Shown one piece after another: positions 54,610 to 64,000 of a stretch of DNA of 64,000 nucleotides. The DNA lies in contig JASVEC010000003.1 of NCBI GenBank assembly GCA_030770535.1, positions 434,001 to 498,000 on the forward strand, given 5' to 3'. The stretch comes from Batkoa obscura. Taxonomy: Eukaryota. Position numbers and translations under genes: made by a program. The notes below the pieces were generated by a model. The model was not told the DNA's origin, ran no database searches, and worked only from the letters and a program-made list of their open reading frames with translations. Numbering within the stretch: position 1 is the first letter of the stretch; each line of letters begins with the position of its first letter.

Positions 54610-55306
54610 ATGAGCCAAAATAATCCACAACAATTATGGCAATGGTTTCAAGCAGTTGATACTGATAAATCTGGTCAACTTACAGCCGAAGAATTACAAA
54701 AAGCATTAATCAATGGTAATTTTATATAATTTAATTAAAGAACTTTGAGTTTTTTAAAATCGATCTTTTTAATCAGGTGATTGGTCCCCATTTAACATTG
54801 AAACTGTACGATTAATGGTGAATATGTTTGATCAAGATCAAAGTGGTACCATCGGATTTAATGAGTTTCAAGGGCTTTGGCAATATATTGAGCAATGGAA
54901 ACAATGCTTTCAATCTTTTGATAGGGATCGTTCAGGTACCATTGATAAACAAGAGTTATCAATGGCTTTACGCACCTTTGGTTATAATTTATCAGAACGT
55001 TTTGTTGGCCTCCTAATTAAAAAATTTGACCGTAAATCAAAAGGTGACATCACCTTTGACAACTTTATTCAAGTAAGGAACTGTTTTTATTGATTTAATT
55101 GCTTTTTTGGGTTTGTTATTTATTGCTTTTTTAGGTTTGTGTTACTATTAAAATGTTAACAGACTCTTTCCGTCGTTTTGATACAGATTCGGATGGTGTT
55201 ATTCAAATTCGTTATGAAGATGTAAATAATTTTACTATTTATTTTAACTCAATTTTTAACTACTATTATTATTTAGTTCCTCGAATTAGTAATTACTTCC
55301 AAATAA
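54610..55306 (+). CDS. PEF1: Penta-EF-hand protein (ALG-2/peflin family); 4 exons
   Basis: WFQAVDTDKSGQL, FDQDQSGTIGFNEF, FDRDRSGTID, FDTDSDGVI; introns ~54716..54776, 55073..55134, 55222..55276. Confidence 0.92.
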
Positions 55307-55421
55307 ATTCAACAAAAATAATAAAATACTTTAATTCTAATCAAAGTTTGTGTTTGAAATTACAATTATTTTATATTAATTATTTATTTTGTTTAATAAC
55401 AATAATACTTTATAAGATAAA

Positions 55422-56726
55422 TTACAATTTAAGTTTAGGAGTGAAGTAAGGAGTTTCTAGGTTAGAAAGAGGGGGATAGTCAGGCGGTGTTTCAAAGTCA
55501 TCATTAGTTGGTAGTTTAATTATTTTATTGTAATGTTTATTTTCATTAATTTTCCTATAATAAAAAGCTAAGCCCAATCCAACCAATCCAACAAAAACAA
55601 TAGTTCCAACAATTCCACCAATCAATGCTTTTTGATAATTTGAGTCCACTATTGTTACATTATTATTAGTATTGTTTGCTATATCTCTAGTTGGATTATT
55701 AAGTGTATTGTTTGTTGAATATACTTTAGTTAATGTATTAATATCTATAATTTGAGTTTGATCTATTCCATCATTCATACCACCGCCAAAGGAATGTATA
55801 ATGAAATTCTTATAAACAATTGTACATCCCATAGGTCTTAATTGTAAGTTTTCAATTTGTGCTTTTTGCCATTTTAATGTTATCAAGTTTAATATATAAA
55901 ATTCATTTTCTTGTTTAAAGCTATTATCGAATGCTATTAAATACATAAAATTATCGCCAAAAATGGTAGTATAAGCAGTTGATTTTGGTATATTTCCTGT
56001 TAAATTACGATTACTTAAACTAATTGTTTTATCAAATTTTATAATATCAATTGTATCTAATTCCACACGTTTACCTTCTTTATACCCTCCAATAGAGTAA
56101 ATGGTATTATTAATATAAACTGAATCGGTTCCATATTTATTATTTAACTTTGATTTTAATTTCATCCAACTTTTTCTTGTAATATTATATTGATATAAGT
56201 CATTAATCGTTTCTCTTTCCGATTGTTTATTAATTATTATACCACCAAACAAATAAGCGAAATTATTATGTTGTACTAAATTAGGTTGAATAATAGTACG
56301 AATATCTTGTTGAATACCTGGTAATTTTAAAGACTCTTTGTTTAAAATACTTAAACTCATATTTTTAATATTTAATTCATTAAAAAAACTAGTATTATTT
56401 ATATTGCCACCAAAACTTAATATCTCATCTTCATCTTTAGTTAGAATTCGACTTCCATCCCAATCAATTGTTTGATTTATTTTATTATTTATTTTCTTCC
56501 ATGGCGCTTGATTATTGTTTAATTGAATTGGCTGACTTAAATCTAAAGTATATACGTTTTTATTTAATTCCTTTTCTTTATTACTATTACTTGTAATACC
56601 ACCTAAATAATAAATTTGGTCCTTCATTAATGTACAATAACCTCCAGATAATGGCACTATTTGTGTGTTAATAATGGCCTGCCATAAAAATAAAAATAGA
56701 TAAAATTGAAATTGAATAATCGACAT
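55422..56726 (-). CDS. Type I membrane protein with an extracellular Kelch beta-propeller
   Basis: Signal peptide; repeated YLGG/SFGG/LFGG/SIGG; TM IGGIVGTIVFVGLVGLGLAFYY. Confidence 0.85.
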   Translation of the reverse strand: MSIIQFQFYLFLFLWQAIINTQIVPLSGGYCTLMKDQIYYLGGITSNSNKEKELNKNVYTLDLSQPIQLNNNQAPWKKINNKINQTIDWDGSRILTKDEDEILSFGGNINNTSFFNELNIKNMSLSILNKESLKLPGIQQDIRTIIQPNLVQHNNFAYLFGGIIINKQSERETINDLYQYNITRKSWMKLKSKLNNKYGTDSVYINNTIYSIGGYKEGKRVELDTIDIIKFDKTISLSNRNLTGNIPKSTAYTTIFGDNFMYLIAFDNSFKQENEFYILNLITLKWQKAQIENLQLRPMGCTIVYKNFIIHSFGGGMNDGIDQTQIIDINTLTKVYSTNNTLNNPTRDIANNTNNNVTIVDSNYQKALIGGIVGTIVFVGLVGLGLAFYYRKINENKHYNKIIKLPTNDDFETPPDYPPLSNLETPYFTPKLKL

Positions 56727-58799
56727 TATTTAAAACAAATAAAGGAGAAGAAAAAAGGAAGCTTTCTAAATTCAGAAAAGAAAACTAAGCTATTAATATT
56801 TTAATTTAAATTCTATTGTTTTTTTTAAATTTCATAGTTTCCATTTTTATTATCTCTTTCTTGATAATAATTTATTAGTGACCTAAAGCCTTAAGAACAT
56901 CTCCCAATAAAGTTTAAAAGCCCCAAATACCAAGAAAAATGCCAAATGATTTATAGTTTATTTTGACTATGGACTTCACAACAGATTAATATATGATATT
57001 ATTTATGAAATAATCTATTTTTAAAAAAATCAAAAATAATGATTGACTAGTAATTATTAGTAAATAATAATAATATAACTAATGTAACTAATATGATAAA
57101 ATACGTTGTCAGAGTTATTATATCATATATTTTATTAATAGACCCCATGTCGTTATAAAAATTAGTTTACAATAACAATTTAATTATATAATAACCACTT
57201 TTAATTTATCATCATAGAATAATTCAATATATTTGATCTTTTATTATTTCTTTATCAAAATACCTTATTTAGTTTTAATAATGTATAAATAAATAAATAG
57301 TTTAAATAACAATAATCATATTAACAGACAATATAACTAGATGATTATAATAAAAATAAAGGTATTTAAATTAAAACCTTGATGTATCTGATCCTATTAT
57401 TTTGGTTAACTCTATAAAAGCACTTGATTACTTTATTAATGTTTGGGTTTGTACAATTAAATAGTTATAATTAAAATAGGTCATAATACTGAATATTGGT
57501 TCTAAATATTGCTTTAAATATTAACACCTGAGTTAATGATTTAATTGAATAAACCAAAGATTGCAACTCCACAATATAATAAATATAATAATATCCGTAA
57601 TTTTTTTTATAATAATTTTATTATTATAATAAATATATTATTTTAAACTATCCTAGATTTGTATAAAGCCTTTTAATTAAAACCAAATAAAAATTGGGTA
57701 TTATTATGCTAGATTGGGATATCTAATAACCTTTGTTAGTCCATCAAAGTTTATGTCTTAATTCTTTACTTTCACTTAACTTTTCTGCCTACCTTCTTAT
57801 TCTGAAATTTTACAATTTAATGCCTTAAACTATACCGTTAGTACAACGAATAATCTAAATGAGTACTATTATGGATTAAAATAGTTTATAAAATATATGT
57901 TTTCCATTATAATGCCATTGATTACAATGCTTTACAGTAAATAAACAATGAAATTTTTAATAAGGTGTTTTTATAAAAGTATTTTAGTTTATTATAATAC
58001 TATTGAGAGCTTTCAGAAAGATATGAACCATATTATCATAACAATAGAAATTATACAGTATAGTTTTATTAAGATGGATATAAACAAATAACTTTTATTA
58101 AATTTTTGACCCAGATTTTAAAATAGAAATTAGAATTTTAGAAATAAAGATTAAAAATTATTGATGAAATTATTTATTAACTTATTCGATTATTGAAACT
58201 AAGTGAGAGTTAAATATTAGTATAAAAATAGGATTTAAAGTGGGTTTTTTTTGAAAACTGGTATTAATAAAAATATTATGTTATCCTATAGTTTTAAAAA
58301 GAAAGAGGACTGATTTTAATAATCAAAAGCAGCGGATGTTAACATTGGCAATATTACATGTACTAGATTAGATCAAAAAACAATTAAAAACAACTTAAAA
58401 ACTCATACAAAAAACAATTACACAAAAAATTTGATATGTAAAAATACTATTATAATTTATAATAAACAAAACTATAAAAATGATTTATATAAAAAGTGTT
58501 ATAATTATCAATAAGGCTTGGTGGTCTAATGGTATGATTATGCAAACAACAAACTTAATCTTTTGCATGACTAAAAGAGACATAAGATAATACTAATGAG
58601 GGCAACGTTCAACTTTTCGTGGGTTGATAGCTTCATGAGAGCGATTTAGCCTGAAAGTTACATGACGCTGTGTCAATTAAATTAGTCTCTTAAGATCTTT
58701 TATAAGTTTTAATCCAAGAGTTGAATTAATTTTTGGAACACCCAATGGGCTGAAATTTATATCCTACGTTAAACAAGGAATTTAATGAACATTTAATAA

Positions 58800-58897
58800 G
58801 GGGGCATTTTTTTTGGCTTCATTATTTTTTCTATTTTTAAGCGCTATTTCAGCGGAAAGATTGTTGGTAAAATTCTTAAACAAAAAAATATATCCCC
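58800..58897. mobile_element. MITE family A nested in the tRNA insertion
   Basis: ATAA on both flanks. Confidence 0.85.
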
Positions 58898-59379
58898 ATA
58901 ACATCAGTGAACTTATTAAACATTCCAAACAAGACGTTATTAAATTCCATACTTTACAATTAATTAGATTTGAAATGAGCGATTTTATACATGTTTTTAA
59001 TGATATGGTAATAGAAACTCTGATAAAAGAGGTAAATAAGAAGTTTGTTTTAGAGTTTTTAATTGTTGTATTTAGAGGTTTATATTTTACATGCCTTAAA
59101 CAAATTAAAAATTTATTCAACTTCGATTATAAATATAGCATTTAATAATTCAATACCAATTAATTTTATGCTATTCACCTAATCAATTATTTTATTTTAT
59201 TTTATTTCAACATATTAAGCTATTTTCAATTTTGTTCAATTAGTTTACACTTTTTACAATAGCAATATTCAAAATGTTAACTTTCATTATTTGAACAGTG
59301 CACAGGTCTTGAAACATACAAATAACCCCAAAAATGAAATCGCATATAACACTATGAAATAAGAAAGAAAAGTGTATAT

Positions 59380-59478
59380 GAGGATGTTTTTTTTGGTTTC
59401 ATTACTTTTTCCATTTTTTAGGCGCTATTTGAGCAGAAAGATTGTTAGTAAAATCCTTAAACAAAAAAACACATCCAC
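59380..59478. mobile_element. MITE family A nested in the tRNA insertion
   Basis: ATAT on both flanks. Confidence 0.85.
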
Positions 59479-59692
59479 ATATATTAAGAAATTTAATTAA
59501 TATTAAAAAGTTAATTTTTATAAATTAACTAAAGATTAATTAAATGGATTAGGTTGTTACCAAGGCATAGGAAACTGGGGCAAAAGACGCCTAAATATTT
59601 ATTGGTAGACTGAAACAGATTAATAAATGGTCTAATGGTATGATTCTCGCTTTGGGTGTGAGAGGTCTAAGGTTCAATTTCCTACTGAGCTC

Positions 59693-59698
59693 TTTTTT
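59693..59698 (+). terminator. Pol III terminator (T6) of the former tRNA-Pro gene
   Basis: T-run immediately after the discriminator base. Confidence 0.7.
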
Positions 59699-60240
59699 GT
59701 TGTCAAACTCTTTTATATATAACTTTTTATACTCATTTTACATTATTTATTCTATAATAAAGTTATGTTATATTAGTCTAATATTTTTATATAATAGTTA
59801 TGGTCAAAAACTTTTTAAGTAAATGTATTAAAATTTCAATAGTAAAAAAGCTATCATAGAATTATTAATTACTATTGTTTTATGAAATATGGATTAGTTT
59901 TTTTAAATAGTTTATTTGGTAGTTTACATATTGGCATTTGTTCGTTTTTTTAAGTAGTTCATACAGTAAACAAAATATACGTTAACGTTTATTTTAAATT
60001 ATAGTACTTTATTAGTATTAATCTATTTTTTAATCAAAATTGATAGTACTTATTTCATATTCAGACTTAGTAAAAATAAAACTAGCTAAATATTGGGAAC
60101 GAATCAAAAGCAAGCTACCAAAAAAGTCAATTTGTCTGCTAACCAGAGTCAAATTTCTAGTAAATAAGGGACGAAATATAATTATTGGGAAGAAGTGAAC
60201 AAATCCTCCTTTTGATATCTCAACAAGTATTTAGTACAAA

Positions 60241-60960
<720 letters not shown>

Positions 60961-62089
60961 ATATCCTTCGATTGGAGTACTTTATCTTTAGTATTTCTTA
61001 TCGAATACCTAATAAAGGGAAATCTTATTTAAAGTATTTCAAAGGCTATAAGTTAAAAAAGCGATATTTAATTTAAGTGTATCAATATTAATATATTAGT
61101 AAGTTCCTTTTATTTTTATTTTTTCAGAGGAATGTAGGTTAAACTGAGCAATTATTACAGTATTAAGGTCATCACAAAGGACAATAGATTCAACTATAAG
61201 GATCAAATCACTAGATATATTTGTTAATAGAAGTGTATCAAGAGGAAAAAAACATGTTAAAAAATACAAGCAGCAATACTAGAATTTGATTGACTAAAGG
61301 TTCGAGATGTGACCTATCGAAATATTTATTAATTTTATATTCTATCAGCAATACCATTTAGTTTTATTAAATAAGCTTTAGATATTAGTATTTAATAAAT
61401 GACATATATTTATTTCACTAACTTTAAGTGATAGTTATTTATTTTAAATTTAGATAAATAAAAGTAGTTAGGTATTATTTTTTTTAATTACGTTTGTTCG
61501 ATATTGTTTGACTGTTCTTGCTATATCGCTTTGATAATACTTTTTTACTGCTACTATATAAAAATAATTGTGGTAAGATCTTCTGGAGAAAATTTTCAAT
61601 TTCAACTCTAATTTATCTTAATAAAATATAATATTCTCCATAAACAAACCTCTTGTAAACTAAATCTCTTTTTTCTAAATTAAAATACGCAAGACGCTTG
61701 CTTATCTTGAATTAAAAAAAGAATTGTCATATACCATTTTCTCCCTTAAATAAACCAGTCCTTTAGGGGGTAAAAATAACCATTTATTTTTAAAAAAACT
61801 GATGAAAGTTGCTAAAATTATTAGAAAAACAATATTTTAAATAAATAGCTCCGTTTTTATAAAAAACACATTGCTATTAAATCTATTTTACAAATATCAG
61901 CTTGTAGACATATTGGAAATTAAGCATATCGGACAATATTTGAACAATTGAATTAAATAATTTTTGCCCTTTCAAAAAGAATTCCAAATCAACAGTAGTT
62001 AATTGAATTTTAAACCAATAAAATTCAACGTGTGGCTCTAGCTTTCTTAAAAAACAACACTCAATCCAATCTATAATTTTATTAAAATA

Positions 62090-64000
62090 ATGGAACTATT
62101 CAACCGATTAAAAAAACAACTAAGCTTAAGTGGTAAGGGGAGCGGAAGATTAAGCTCTAGTGCGCAATTAGAAAAATTTCATACTTGTTGGACCTTTATT
62201 CATGTAAGTTATTATAATATTCTGCTATTTAAATTCCTATTAAACGTTAGTAATTTCAATAGAGTACTTATTTTATTCAAGATCAAAAACCAAATCGAAA
62301 AGTACATGTTCAATTAACAGAAATTCCTAGTTATTTAAAATTAATGGTCGATACTTTAGTACAAGAAGAAATTAAATTAGAAGATGATCAAACTGGAGCT
62401 TGTATGGAATATATGTTAAAACATGGGGTGCTAAATATTTTAGTCAATATATCGGAATCCGATTTTCCATTAGGTATTCGTGGAGAAACTATTCGATTTG
62501 TATCTACTTTGGTTAACTTATTAGATGTTAAATTTTTAATTCATTCTCCAATTCATATACCCACGTTAAAATTATTGAAACTTTGTATAAAAGAAGATAC
62601 TGATAATCAAATGGATAAGTTTAATAATTTTTATGTGGATGATTTGATTGATTTATTATATACCCTTTGTTCAAAGATTCACTCTTCTCCTCCTTTATTA
62701 AATATCTTTTTTTATGATAAGAAATGGTTAACTACCCCTCAAAAACAAGGAAGTCCATTAAATAAAGAGGAAATTGCTAATTTAACTGGAGAATATACCA
62801 ATGATGAAGATATTAAACCAAAAATTATATTAAATGAAAATGATGGTCCACAATATGAATGTTTATTATTTTCTTATTTATTGAGGTTTGTTCATAGAGA
62901 AGGAAAATCAGGAGATTATGCGAGAACAGGGTTATTATTTTTAATTGAGGTTGCAGGCGGTAATTTTAGAGATTATATATTATATCATTCGGATCTTTGT
63001 CCTATTTTATCAGCTGGATTAGGAGCTTTATATTCTCAATTACCACGTAAATTATTAGTTAAATATGTAGATGAAGATCGAATTCAATTTAAATTGACAC
63101 GTAGTAAAGAATTAAATGATGAAGATGGATTAGATGATTTCCAAGTGTCTTCATCCCCTCAATTTAAAATATTAATTGATTCTTTTTTAAAAACATTAGA
63201 ATTTTGTCAAGATATTTTACAAAGATGTCCATCAAGAGCTATTTGTATGGCTTTATTATCAGATATTAAAAGTGTGTTTTTAGAATCTATTTTATATCAT
63301 TCAATGATGGAATCAAGTGATTTAGATGGATCTGCTGTTGCTGTTATTTCATATATTGAAATTATATTAAGTACACTCAAAGACGGTGAATTAGTGGATT
63401 TATTTATTCGATTTCTTATTAATAGTGAAGAAGAAGACATTTTACATAAAGATAAAATGACTAATAGTGAAACTAGTTCTATTAAATCATTTAATAGTAA
63501 TAAAGAAGAAAGAGTAAGAAGAAATACAGAAACCAATAGTATATTATCAGAAAATAGTATTCGAGAAATGAAAGGAAATAAAAATAAAGCACATTTAGCT
63601 TTTAATTTAAAAGATTTATTATTTAATAATTTACAATCCAAATCAATACCAACTAGTATTTCTGCTTTAAAATTATTAAATACAATAATTAATGGACATG
63701 CACAGTATTTATTATTATTATTAGGACAAGAGAATTGTTTACCAGTTACCTTACCACCTACTTCAAGAGTATTATCACCAACAATTCCAACTTTTGAAGA
63801 AGCAGAAAAAGAAAAAATTCATCATTTTAAACAAAAACCATATACAACTATTAGTAATCATCATCAAGAAATTCAATCTTATTTTTTACTAATTAATAAT
63901 ATGGATCCGAGATTTAATAAAGATGGCTTTATACCAGGTTATGAGCCTTATATAAAACAAGTAGAATCAATGTATAATAACTATAAATTATCCAATCATA
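62090..64000 (+). CDS. FTS-Hook-interacting protein (FHIP/FAM160, RAI16-like); truncated by window end
   Basis: Exon 1 LEKFHTCWTFIH; intron ~62204..62281; long frame with GACMEYMLKH, LLFSYLLRFVHREGKSGDYARTGLL, GLGALYSQLP. Confidence 0.85.

Larger units (their letters stand above)
58540..59627 (+). mobile_element. 1,088-bp non-autonomous element inserted in tRNA-Pro with an 18-bp TSD
   Basis: TGGTCTAATGGTATGATT at 58522..58539 and 59628..59645; no TIRs; ends in TAATAAA. Confidence 0.8.
58515..59692 (+). pseudogene. tRNA-Pro(TGG) gene disrupted by an insertion (5' part 58515..58539; 3' part 59628..59692)
   Basis: Joining the parts and removing one 18-bp repeat gives a 72-nt cloverleaf: acceptor GGCTTGG/CTGAGCT, anticodon arm CTCGC-TTTGGGT-GTGAG, GGTTCAATT, followed by T6. 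Confidence 0.9.

Noticed and set aside
58782..59145. ORFs of 110 and 112 aa inside the tRNA insertion as its mobility protein
   Set aside because: They run through an inserted MITE and show no RT, endonuclease or recombinase motif.
59628..59692. Intact tRNA-Pro, or a tRNA with a long intron
   Set aside because: The 5' acceptor strand is replaced by TAATAAA, the break is not at position 37/38, 18 bp are duplicated and the stems are mutated.

Overview
A very AT-rich eukaryotic window with short GT-AG introns. Gene content and architecture suggest an early-diverging fungus, possibly Entomophthoromycotina/Conidiobolus-like (inference). Housekeeping genes: La, Sfp1-like, Cdc25-type RasGEF, TSR1, RIC1, two convergent TAF4 paralogues, PEF1, RPS23 and FHIP. 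Secreted or surface proteins: GDSL lipase, subtilisin, a Kelch-TM protein, a signal-peptide ankyrin protein and an orphan Cys-rich protein. Three tRNAs are intact (Lys-CTT, Val-AAC, Asp-GTC). Intergenic DNA holds solo LTRs, about 16 copies of a ~97-bp GGGG..CCCC MITE with 4-bp TSDs, foldback elements, a tRNA-derived SINE candidate and a Sola-like transposase fossil decayed by C>T/G>A transitions. The main observation is a tRNA-Pro(TGG) gene split by a 1,088-bp element with an exact 18-bp duplication of the A-box. The element has a hammerhead-like fold near its 5' end and a stem-loop plus AATAAA at its 3' end, making it a candidate tRNA-targeting mobile element. All family assignments come from motif recognition by eye; no searches were run.
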